Below, piece by piece: positions 24,197 through 35,415 of a DNA stretch of 64,000 bases. Position numbers and translations under genes: made by a program. The DNA is from Fonticula alba ATCC 38817 (lineage: Eukaryota > Protista > Nucleariida). The notes under the pieces are model-generated. The model searched no databases, was not told the DNA's origin, and saw only the letters and a list, made by a program, of their open reading frames with translations. The stretch lies in the NCBI GenBank assembly GCA_000388065.2, contig KB932203.1; one strand, given 5' to 3'. Each line of letters opens with the position of its first letter. Within the stretch, counting starts at the first letter, position 1.

Positions 24197-27100
24197 TCAC
24201 ATCCGGGCCGCAGCTCGTCCCACAGCCAGGGCTGCCGGGACGACCCGAGACGCCCACACGCCCGGCGCGGGAGCCCTGTGTGGTGCCCACCGCGCGAGCC
24301 GCCAGCCGCCTGCAGCTGCCGGCGGACGCGACTCCCGGTCCCTCCGCGTCGGCAGGACAGTCGCGTCCCATCCCGGAAGAGCCGGTCCCCAGCTCGCCGC
24401 GCGAACGGGGCCCCAGAGCAGGCCTGGCCCAAAGGAGAGGGCGCCCGGCCGAACGGCCAATGCCCGGGGCATCAAAAACACGTCCCCCCCCCCCCCCCGG
24501 GAATCCGGCGACCCTGCAGCGGCAAGGCGGCCCCCCCGGCCCTGTGAAAGGGGGGTGGTATGAACACACACTGCAGTCGTGCTGCGCCCAGTCGGTGCGA
24601 GACTCCCCCCGGGAGCGGGGGCCAGGAAGGAGAGAAACCCTCGCCGGAGACAACACACCCGCGCCGGGGGCCTCCCGGCAGCCGCACGAGCATGGCGACA
24701 AAAGCACAGGTTGATAAATCCCTCTTGTGGCTGGTCTCCGAGGTGGCCGGGCGTTGTGCCCCGGGGAGAGTGTTGGTGGGTCCCCCTCGGGGAGGGTCAT
24801 CCGATGATAATGCACGCTTTTTATTGACGCCCAAATATAACATGAACAAATGTGGCGGTCGCTTCGTGCACGAGACCACGAGGCGTGATTCACCACACTG
24901 AACTATGGTGTACAGTTCTGATGGCCCGTGGCGCTTGGTCCGTGTTAGCATGGGCGATAGTTTTTCCCAACAGCGGCAGCGGGGTGGGGGAATTTGTGAA
25001 AGATTGATAGCAGCTTTTCGGCGCCCCCGCACCCCTGGCCGAGCCCGGCAGGAGGAGTTCGGGTGTGCGTGTGTGCGTGCGTGCGTGCGTGCGTGTGCGG
25101 GGACTGGGGGGGGATGGCGGAGCGCCGCCCGGGACTTGGGCAGAACATTCTATGCCAGGCGGTGTGAAAGATGCCCCCAGCTGCGGGCGTGGGTGCGACC
25201 GCCGTTCTGGCCCCCCGGGCGGGCGGCCGGGTGGCGTGAATAACGAAGTGGGGCTTTCAAGAGGCGAGCCTGCGGGGGGGAGGCGCTCGCGAGACGCGCG
25301 CAGGGGTCTTGGCTGGGCTGGATCGCCGGGGGAAAACAGCCCCCGCGAGGGTAACGCCCCTCCTTTCCGCCTCGCCTGCGCGTGTGCAGGGGCGCGGGGC
25401 AGGAACATTGTTGTGAGGACACCGCATGGGGGAGGGGCCCGGCGGCGTGGGGGTCGGCCGAGGCGCCACAACCGGTGTGATGCCAATTTTCCCGTGGCCC
25501 CGCGCGGGACCCCGAGGACGTGTCCGCCCTTGCTTGCTTTTTGTCGGCCCCGGGCGGACATCCGAGGGGTGGAGGCTCCTCTCGCGCGCCGCCCCCGCGC
25601 TGCCGTCGGGCCGAACACGGCGCCCCGGCGGCGGCGGCGGGGGGGGGCGGATCGGCAGCATCGCCCAGCTTGTAAACATGCGGCAGGCCCCGCCCGAGCC
25701 AGCTCACCCATTCCTGTCCTGGGCGCGCCCCATTTCCAGCGGGGCGAGGGCGAGAGGAGGGAGACCGTGCCCCGCCCGGTCGTTATTCCAGTGCCCACCG
25801 GGGCCAGCCGGCCACGGCCCATTTTTGGGGGCCGGCGCCCCCCACCGGAGCACACGCCCGGCCGTCGGGCGTGCGGCGGTGCCGCGCAGCCAGCCAGCCA
25901 GTCAGCCAGGCCGCGACGCCCATGGGTCGCCGGTGCTGTTGGCGAATGATAGGGCCTCTCCCGCGCCCCCTTGGATGTTGTTATCTGTCAAATCAGAGGC
26001 GCCCAGGCGGCGGCCCGCCTGGGCGTTCCGGGCCGGCGGCTGTGTGCCGACGGATGTGCCCCCCCCCCCGAAGAAGCCAGCAACAGTGGAGGCGGCTGGA
26101 ATATCGCACGCCTCGCGCGCCCCCTGGGGGACGCTCGCCGCGGCCGGGACGTGCGGGTGGCCCCCGTGAATGCGCGCAGGCGCTCCGGCGCGCCCGATTC
26201 CCATGCCGGTCTGCCGTCGGGTGGCGGGGCGCGGATTGCGTATCACACATGGCTTCCAACGGCGCGGCTGGGGGCGGCCCCAAAAAGGGCGCCCGATCCC
26301 GAGGACCGCAAGGCCGGGCTAGGGCGTGTGCTTTCCCCCCCCCCCCCCCCCCCCGCCACCCGGCCACCCCCGTCTTCCTCAGTCCGCCCCCAGCAGGTTG
26401 GCGTATTTATCCCTCCATCGGGTGTGTGTTGTTGCCCTGGTCCCACCCTGGGCCGGGGCCGCGGGTCGGGACACGCCCTCGGGCCGACACGCGCGCCCCC
26501 GGGCGAAGGGGGGACGACGCCGAGTTGGCCTTCCGCAGTGCCGGGGCCGCGCGGTGCCCTGAGAAAATCCACCCCCCCCCCCCCTCTCCCTGTGGTGCGG
26601 GGACAGGAGCACATCATCGCTCGCGTGCCCCGAGGCCGGGGAGGGGCACCACGCCGATGGGGGGCGCGGGCGAGCGGGCGGGCATGCGACGATCCGACTC
26701 GGTCGTTGGAGGAGGGCGCTCGGGCGCCCCCTTCTCTCCCGGGCCCAGGTAAGCCAGCCATGATGCTGGCGGATCGCGCAGCTGCAGGGTCGCCCCGCCT
26801 CCCTCCCGCGGACAGATGGCCAGCCGTGGATGCGGGTCTGGCCCACCCCGGCCTCGGGCAGCCCGCGCACCACGGGGCCTGTGGGCAGAGCCCGCGCCCC
26901 AGAGAATCCCCCCGGCCCGGGTGCAGCCCACTCCGCCCGTTGGGTGCCCCCCCCCCCGGGAGGAGCGAGGCGCCGGGGGGAGGGGATGGACTGGCGGTGT
27001 GGCAGTGCGCCAGGGCCCGGCCTCTGGCTCCGCCCGTCCTTCGTCCTCCCCTCCACCCCCTCTCCCGGGCCACTGGGCCACCTTTTCCCCTTTCCGAACC

Positions 27101-27507
27101 TCCTTTTTCAGTCGCGCCATTGCCGCCCGCCCGCACCACCACCGCCCCCTACTTCCAGCCCCACGAGCCATTTCACCCTCCCCGCACGCGTGCTTCCCCG
27201 CACCTCTCGCCCTCGCCTCGACCGCTTGTCGCGCCCTGGCCAGCACACGGTGTCCACATTCCTCCCCCCTCGCGCGCGCGTTCCCCCCCCTTCCTGCCAC
27301 TGTCCCAGTGGGCCCCCTCTTTTCTAGTCCCCCCTCCGCCTGGTACGGCCCATGTGTCCGCGCAACCCGCCCCTGCGTTTCGATTGCCTCCTCTCCCTCT
27401 CTCTCTCTCTCTCTCTCCCCCCCCCCGCGGCCCCCCTCTAAACCATTTTACATCCCTCTTTGTCTGCCCCTCTTTTCATCCGCCCCCGTCACCACCGACA
27501 CAGCACC

Positions 27508-29130
27508 ATGGATCCCCGTCTGCTCGCCACCACACCCGCCTCCTCGAGGTCCCTGTTCGGCCTCAGCCCGGCCGAGGCCAACAACGAGGCCATCCTCTCG
27601 CGCTATCTGGAGCTGGGTAGCCGGACAGACACGCTGGTCTGCGTGACCTACGTCTGGGTCGATGCCGATGGGATCACCCTGCGCCAGAAGACCCGGACCC
27701 TGCCTCGCAGCAAGATCCAGTACACCATCCCGGAGTGGACCTTCGACGGGAGTAGCACCGGCCATTCGCTGACCGGGTACATCAACAGCGATGTGACCAT
27801 CCGGCCGGTGCACGCCTTCCGGGACCCCTTCCGGCCGGGGCACAATATCCTGGTGCTGTGCTCCACCTACTCGGCCGATGGCCGGCCGCATGCCAGCAAC
27901 CTGCGTGAGCAGGCCCTCGCCGAGGCCCTCGGCGACGAGGCGGTGGTCAGTGCCCAGCCCTGGTTCGCCTTCGAGCAGGAGTACTACATCATCGAGCCGG
28001 AGACCGGGCTGCCGGTGGGCTGCCCCCGGGCCACCCCGTTCCCGGCCCAGGGCCCGCATTACTGCAGTGTCGGTGCCGGGCGATCCTTCGGCCGACAGAT
28101 CGTCGAGGCGCACCTGGCCGCGTGCATGTATGCCGGGGTCAACATCAGCGGCACCAATTCCGAGACGGTCCCCGGCCAGTGGGAGTTCCAGGTGGGCCCC
28201 TGCCATCCCGGGGCCGATACCATGCCCTTCCGCCAGTTTGACTTCCCCCACTGCCTGCAGCTGCTCCGCGCGTTGCATGAACCCACCGCGGCGGCGGATC
28301 ACCTGTGGATGGCGCGCTTCCTGCTGCAGCAGGTGGCCGAGGACTTTGGCAAGGCCATTTCCTTTGCCCCCGGCCGCCTGGCCCCGCATTGGAATGGATC
28401 CGGCATGCACACGAACTTTTCGACGGTCACCATGCGCGACGACTCGGCCGATGCCGGGAGTGGCTCCTCCTCGCCGTCGTCCCCCTCCTCGCCGAAGATG
28501 GGGCCCGGCAGCTCCGGGGCCTCGGTCGCCGGCAGCAGCCGGTCGCTCAAAACCATCGAGCAGATCGAGGCCATCCAGTGCACCTGCAGCAACTGCCCCA
28601 ATGTGTTGGATTGGTTTGCCAACCAGGGGCTCGCGCCGCCCGGGCCGCCGTCCGCCCCGTCCTGCCGCGGGGTGGAGGCCGTCATTCAGGCGTGCATCCG
28701 CCTGGCCGGCGGGGGGGACTCCTTCAAGATGGCCTATGGGTCCGGCTGCCAGGAGGGCTCGGCCCACCGGGATCAGTTTACCTTCGGCATGGCCAACCGC
28801 GCGTGCTCCATCCGCCTGCCGGTGGCTTCGCGTCGCATTCACAACAGCGGCTTCTACCTGGAGGATCGGCGCCCGCGCAGCGACGCCGACCCGTACGCCG
28901 TGTCGGCCTACATCGCCCGCATGGTGATCCTCAGCGAGGCGGTGGAAACCCGTGTGGCTTCCTGCCCGGAGGCCCTGGCCCGGGATCCCATCCTCCCGGG
29001 CCAGTGTGCCCGGCGTCTGGCCATTCTGCACCTGAGTCTCCAGTCGGGTGAGGCCATTCGCCTGCCCTTCGTCAGCAGCTCCGTCCCCTTGGCCTCGGTG
29101 TCCTCGTCAGCCGCCTCTTCTCCGCGGTAG
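27508..29130 (+). CDS. Glutamine synthetase type II-like protein, divergent, single exon (540 aa)
   Basis: YVWVD, KTRTL, WTFDGSST, FRDPFR, FEQEY, GTNSETVPGQWEFQVGP, WNGSGMHTNFST, ANR-SIRLP and YLEDRRP motifs present. The RLTGxHET loop is absent and there are two insertions, so no symbol is given. Confidence 0.9.
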   Translation: MDPRLLATTPASSRSLFGLSPAEANNEAILSRYLELGSRTDTLVCVTYVWVDADGITLRQKTRTLPRSKIQYTIPEWTFDGSSTGHSLTGYINSDVTIRPVHAFRDPFRPGHNILVLCSTYSADGRPHASNLREQALAEALGDEAVVSAQPWFAFEQEYYIIEPETGLPVGCPRATPFPAQGPHYCSVGAGRSFGRQIVEAHLAACMYAGVNISGTNSETVPGQWEFQVGPCHPGADTMPFRQFDFPHCLQLLRALHEPTAAADHLWMARFLLQQVAEDFGKAISFAPGRLAPHWNGSGMHTNFSTVTMRDDSADAGSGSSSPSSPSSPKMGPGSSGASVAGSSRSLKTIEQIEAIQCTCSNCPNVLDWFANQGLAPPGPPSAPSCRGVEAVIQACIRLAGGGDSFKMAYGSGCQEGSAHRDQFTFGMANRACSIRLPVASRRIHNSGFYLEDRRPRSDADPYAVSAYIARMVILSEAVETRVASCPEALARDPILPGQCARRLAILHLSLQSGEAIRLPFVSSSVPLASVSSSAASSPR

Positions 29131-31606
29131 AGAGGCCTGCGGGAGGGCCCGAGCGCGGGGAGGGGCGGGGGCGGCTGCGGGCGGTCCTGGGGGGACAGGC
29201 AGAGAGCGAGAGCGAGAGCGAGAGAGAGCCCCATGTGCCATGGTCTTTTTTTTTTGATGCCCGTGCTATGTGTATTGCCGCGCATGCGTCCTAGTTCTCT
29301 TCCGCTCGATCTCTCCTTTGCCTTGGGTGTGTGCTGTCTGCCACGCAACTGGCCTCCCCCCTCCCGCCGTCCCTCTCTGCCCTCCCCCTCCCCCCCCCCT
29401 TTCCCCGCCCTTGTGATACTAGACCTGATGCCGGCGTCCTCTTCTGTCTCTCCTCCGTCCGCCGGCGTGCCCATGCACCAGCACCAGCACTCAGCCGGAC
29501 ACGCTCCCATGCTCCCGGAGAGGGAGCTGTGGGCAGGCAGGCAGGGGGGGGGGGCCCATGTCCTTGCCTTTTTCCTCCTCCACCCTCCCTCTCCTTGTCT
29601 CGTTTTCTTCGGGTGTGCCCTACTCTGTGTGCGCGTGCGTGCTGTGCGCAGAGGTAGAGGTGGCGGCATAGGGCGAGGGAAGGGATTTTAGCCACACGCC
29701 CGGCACCATGCCTCCCACCTACCGCGCCCCATTCGACCGTCATACGAGGGCGGAGTCGGAGCGTGTGCCTGTCGGCCCCTGGTGGAGGCGAGATCCCGCA
29801 AGGGGCGCTGTGTGCACACGTGTATGTGTGCGCCAGCGCCTGCTCCCCCGCCCCCGACTGCGTGAGAGAGATCCGTTGGAGGGTGAGCTCTCACCACCCC
29901 CCCACCCCCCCCCCCCCTCCATGTATATCTGCGCATGCTGCTCGACGTGCACACGTATATGTCCGGGACGTCCTCTCCCCCGACACCTATATAGATCCCC
30001 CCAATCCCACTGCTATATGACTTTGTCCCTCCCCGCGGCCTTTTCCCCTCCGCCCGCCCGCGTGAGCTCCCAGCGTGTCTGCCCTCAGCAGGGAGGGGAG
30101 GAGATGGGGCGCAGGGCGCCAATCCGCGGCCGCGGCAGGGCGCCAGGGGGGAGGGATGCGCGAAGGCAGGCGTCCGCTGCAGGGGGCACCTTTGGTCAGT
30201 CCGGCTCTTTGTTTTTTGTTTTTTTTTTCCGACCAGCCGCCCATGTCTCTGTGGGGGGTCTGGCTCTGTCGTCGGGGGAGTTTTTCCTCGGCGCACTTCC
30301 TCCCCCTCTGCGGTGGCGGGATGTCCGCCGGTTGGCAAGGGGGTCGAGTTTTGTGCCCCCACTTTCTTCCTCTGTGCATTGTGTCCCACGCGTGTCCTGC
30401 CGGCCAGGCACCTGTGTGGGGGATGCGGAGTGAACGGCGCAATAAAAAAAAAGACAAATACCCAGCTCCCCCGCCGAGACATGGACCCAAAGGCCGCCAA
30501 ATGCGGCCCCAAGTAAAGTGGCACCGGGTATGGGCCAACAAGAGGTGAAGTCAGCACCCTACAAAATATCATTCCCGCATCACGTTATCCCAGGAGGGGG
30601 CCAAAATGAACTCCTCGCGACCCACGCGGCGTTGTGTAAATAATGTTGCCCCTATTTAAGGGCCCGGGCAGGCGCCGCCCAAGCCGTGGAGGGGGAGTTC
30701 ACGCGTCCCCCAGGTCGCCCCCCGCCGGTGGCTGTCCTTTCTGTGTATGTCTCCTCTCCTGTCCTCCTCCCCCCCCCCCTGCCACCTCCCCTCCCCCTCC
30801 CGTGTGTGCATTCGGGCCAGTCCGGGGTGCCTTCTTGTTCCTCCGCTCGGTCATGTTCACACGCGCATGTGCCTCCTCCCCACCCTCCCCCGGGCTGTGT
30901 GGATGCGCATGCATGTGCGCATATGTGACCTGGTCGGGGGCACAGTTTTGGCGCCTTGTTCTGTTCTGATGCATCGACTTCGAATAGTTGCTACTGTTGA
31001 GTGGTAACCCCACAGTGAGCCATACCCATCACACGTCGCTGAACCCTGCCCTTTTGCACGCACTCCCTCGCTCCTCCTCCTCCTCTCCCCGCATTTCTCC
31101 CCTCAGCTCTCTCACCTTTGTTCCCCCCCCCCTCCCTCTCCCCTCCCAGTATGCCACAGAGGCGTCTTGGCCCTGGACGATGCCTATGCGTCTGGGCATC
31201 GCGCATGTTCGGGAGAGCCTCTCCCGCGTGCACTCTCCCCTCTCCTTTTTTCCATTTTATAATTGAAGTTTCCCGGGCTCTGGATGGGTGTTTTTTTTTT
31301 TTTTTGCTGCGGCACTGGGGGGTGGCGCGGCCATATATGGCACCTGTCCTGTGTATGCGTGCGGGAGGGGGGGGAGGGGCAAAGTGCATGTGCGCGCACT
31401 CGCCAGCACATTGTGCACATCCCTCTGGCAGGTAGAGGGGATGTCCAGCCGAGGCAGAGGAGGGGGGGGGAGCACATGCGGGCGGCTGTCCTGTTGAATG
31501 TGTGACGCCCGAGGCGCCATCCCGGCAAAGAGGGAGGCAGTGCATTTTCTTTTTATTGACCCAACCCAAAAGCGGTACACTGTGTGTGGGGCATACATCG
31601 TGTCGG

Positions 31607-33352
31607 TCAGTCACAGAACCCCATCATGGGCGAGGGCGGCCGCGGGACGACGGGATCGACTGCCGGCGAGCTCTGCGACTCCTCCTCGGCGGCCTCCGAC
31701 CCTGGGGGATCCACCAGCGCGGTGCCGCGGGAGGCGGCCCCCTCGTCTGGCCTGGTGGCTGTCAGTGTGTGGAGAGGGTGCACAGGGTCGGCGGGGGTCT
31801 TTTCGCCGATGGTCGCCAGCACATCCCGATCAAGAGTCCGATGGAGCTCCGGCAACCGGTGGGCGATCAGCTGCCGGAGGAGTTGCGCCTGGGGGACCAG
31901 CCGCTCGGCGGCTTGCACTTCCCGGGGAGAGGGAGTGCCGACGGTCAGCCGCACGGCGCGATCATTGAACGCCTTGAGAACGCCGCTGGCATCGAGATCC
32001 CTGTTTTTTTTGTTTCCCCCCAGCCGCGGAAGAGGATCATTTGGTTAGGATCGAGGGGGGGAGGGGGGGGGGGGGGACCCCAGCAGGCATGGGCTTGGGC
32101 GGAGAGACGGGAGGGGAGGGGGGGGGGGGGGGGAGGAGGGGCACATACTGACTGAGAATTTCCTCGCGGAAGGTGCCGAGATAGGCCACCGCGATGAGTA
32201 GGAAGAAGTTTGGCCCGTCGTAGTTGGTCCAGGAAGACTGCAGGTCATGGCCAGGGTCATTGGGCGGGGGTTAGAAAGCGACGACGGGAGGAGGGATGAG
32301 AAGGCGGGTGGAGGGGGGAAGGTGCGCTTCTTCGCCAGGTGGTCCCCCCCCCCCCCCCTGCTACCCCTTTCGTTCGTTTATTGAATTTCATGTCATTGTT
32401 CGATAGTTATGATCATATTTCTCTTTTTTTTTATTATATTCCATGTCCCTTAACGTACTATTTTCTTTTTTCTCTCTCATGTGGATGAGAAGGCGGGTGG
32501 AGGGGGGAAGGTGCGCTTCTTCGCCAGGTGGTCCCCCCCCCCCCCCCCAATGATCGCCTTGAAGGCACACGGGAAAGCGCACCTCCCAGACCCGAAGGAA
32601 GTCCGCCCAGGGGAGCTCTCGCTTCAGACACACCAGCACCCACCGGTAGCAGAAAAGCACCCAGTCAACATCCACACGGGTGAGATGCTCCATCAGCGGT
32701 TCGTCCACCTGGCCGAGAATGTTCACAAGGCAGGCCAGCTGGGCGGTGATCGAGCGTCCATCGGGGCTGAAGTTGTCCTTCTATATGATGGGCAGCAGGG
32801 GGTGCCAGCGCGCGGGTCCGGCCAGACCGCCGTTCGACAGGTCGGCAGACACACGCACGTGCGCATGTGTATGTGTCAGCGGCGGGCGTCTCTCCCGGTG
32901 TCTTGCCCTTTGGCGAGCGGGCAGCAGGATGAGGCAGGAATCGATCGGCCAGGCACGCACAATCTTCTCCATGATGGCATGGAAGAGCCAGAAGGTTTCG
33001 GCATCGAGGAGGACATCCTCCGGGATGTTGGCATCGTCGCCATTTGTGCCGAGGCCCTCCCCGGGCCCTTCGAGGTTCCGGTACTCCAGGGGCACCGATG
33101 GGGTGACCTCCGGCTGCACGGCACCAGCCAACGGCCCGGCCGTGCTGCTGGTGGAGATCACCAGCAGGGGGGACAGCCAGTCATTCATCCCCTGGGTGTA
33201 CCCAACATCCGGACGGTGGAGGATATATGCCAGCAGGATGCGACCCAGTCTGCCGGCCTGGCTCAGGTCCCGGAAGTAGGTTTGGTTGCGATCGGTGCGC
33301 TCGATGTCCTTGACTGGGGGCGGCCACGGGACGCGGGGAGATGGCGGTCAGT

Positions 33353-33396
<44 letters not shown>

Positions 33397-35415
33397 GCTC
33401 TTGTGCCGCGCGGCCGGCTTGGGGGTATTCATGTGGAGATGGTGGGCGGCGTACGGATCTGGCACCAGGACTCCGAGGCCACCGGGTCGGCGTCCCGCTG
33501 TTCCTCGGGCGTGAGACGCAGGAACTGAACCACACGCTCGCGGATTCGGATGTACTCGTCTCTGTGTGGCGAGAGCAGCGAGCAAGGGGAGGAAAAGGAA
33601 AGAGAAGGAAAAGGCATGGGCCCCGCCCGGCGGCCGGATCCGGAGTGACGAAGGGTGGGTGTCAGCAATCGGCCCGAAATGTTTGTCCCCCTGCCGCCCC
33701 CCCCGGAAGAGCACACGTCTGAACTTTTGTTCCGGCTTTCGATGGCGGCAAACTCGAGGCGAGGACGCGGGACTGGCTTCGCAAATGCACACGCACAGCC
33801 GGGCGGCCCAAGTGTCGCGACGGGCCTCCACTGTGTCGGACCACTGGTCCAGGCCAAGGAGGAAAGGCCAGGCCAGGCGCCGGGCATCCTCATCACAGCC
33901 CTGGAATGTGCACACGCAGCCACGCACAGCCATGCACATCGATGCATCGGTAGACTGGTCAGTCAAGGTGGCCACAGGAGGAGAGGAGGAGGAGGAGGGG
34001 GGGGGGGGAAGGGCAAAGCAGAGGAGGAGGGAACATCAGGCGCACCCAGTAGTAGATGGTCCGCAGAAGGTGGTTCTTTTCCAGGGAGGTGACCGGACCG
34101 CCGGCGATGGCCCGTTCAATGGCCTCCCGCTTGAGCGACCGGTGGGGCTGTGCATGCAAGCGCGAGGGTCTGCCCTGAGTGTGCCCCTCCATCTGGCGGA
34201 TCAGGTCTCCGAGCAACGAGGGCTGGACATCGGGCACGGCCTGTGCCACAAGGAGGGAGGCAGGTTAGAGGCAAGGGCGCGAGGGAGAGGGGGCAAGTGT
34301 GTATGCGTCGTGGGCATGGACATGGGCATGCTGGCGCAGCAGAGGGGAAGGGGAGAATGCCACAAAGGCCGACACACCTCCTGGAAGCCGAAGGGATAGT
34401 CATCTGGGTGGAAGGGCACCTGGTGGTGGGCGGTCAGGCTGCTGGGGACCGAGGCGGTCCCGGGCCCGGCCACGCTCGCCATCTCGGGTGTCTCGTCCAT
34501 CACAATCCACTGGTCATCGAGGTCCCCCGGGGGGATGATGTAGCCCGGCTGCTGGGGCCCGGCCGGCATCGGGGCCCCCGAGTGGCTGGAGTGGAGTCCG
34601 GCCAGGAAGTCCCGACGCCGGTGGTTTGCCCGTTCCGACAGCGAGTTAATGGTGTAATGGATGTCCATGTAGTCTGCCGGGGCAGGGCGAGCCCATGGTC
34701 AGTAAGGGGGGCGGGGAGGGGGGGGGGGGGATGGCGGCCAAGGGGCGGGGGATGGCGGCCCCATATGCGCACCGAGATTCTCCTTGGCGTGGGCGGCCAT
34801 GTCGGAGAACTTCTTGAAGAGGGCCTTCGGCGAGGCGGGGATATTCCGTGCATGGAGGCGTCGCTGGTGCTGGTCCAGCAGCTGGCTCAGCGAGGGCCGA
34901 CCCTGGTACATGAGGGGGAAGTCGGGGCGCTTGCTGCGGGAGGGGCTGCCATTGGGGGCGGTCGGGAGGGACAGGGCCGGGAAGTCGTGCTCCGTCAGCG
35001 GGCAGGTGCTGGGCGACCGGGGGGTGCCCTCCTTGAGGAATTCAAACAGCAGGGCCAGGAAGATGTGCGAAGAGAGGACCGGATCCACGATGACCGTGGA
35101 TTGGTCCACCTCCAGAGGGCTGCTTGCCGGGCAGATGATGTTATCCTCGAAGGTGCCCACTTGATAGTCGGGGTACACCAGGCGCAGGGTGTCCACCCGG
35201 GCGCGCAGGTCGCCGATGATTTGGAAGGTCGGCAGGCCAGGGCCGGGGCCGGCTGCCAGGAGGACCAACTCATGCAGGGGGACAAAGGAGGCGGCTGGGT
35301 CCGGGGTGGTGGGCGCCTCGGAGGCTGCCTGTCGGATGTGGATGGATGTGATGCGATTCAGAGGAACGGACAGGTCTGCCGGGTGGCCATCTTGGGGTGC
35401 CGGGGGTGGATCCAA
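31607..35415 (-). CDS. TBC-domain Rab GTPase-activating protein (TBC1D15/16/17-Gyp7-like); >=9 exons, 5' end unresolved across gap 35562-35794
   Basis: Spliced motifs RRLAWPFLLG, ILKDIERTDR (Arg finger), GYTQGMND (Gln finger), FCYRWVLVCLKRE and WTNY...FFLLIAVAYL. Phases are consistent across exons 35374-34773, 34673-34378, 34240-34046, 33900-33797, 33561-33455, 33313-32961, 32780-32583, 32237-32149 and 32000-31607. Confidence 0.88.
32294..32548. repeat. ~65-bp direct repeat (32294-32358 and 32483-32548) flanking a 124-bp AT-rich insert, inside a TBC intron
   Basis: GGATGAGAAGGCGGGTGGAGGGGGGAAGGTGCGCTTCTTCGCCAGGTGGT(C)n occurs twice around an A/T-dominated segment. Confidence 0.92.

Noticed and set aside
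30975-31010. tRNA-like fragments (TTCGAA, AGTGGTA)
   Set aside because: Wrong order and spacing for Pol III A/B boxes, and no acceptor stem.
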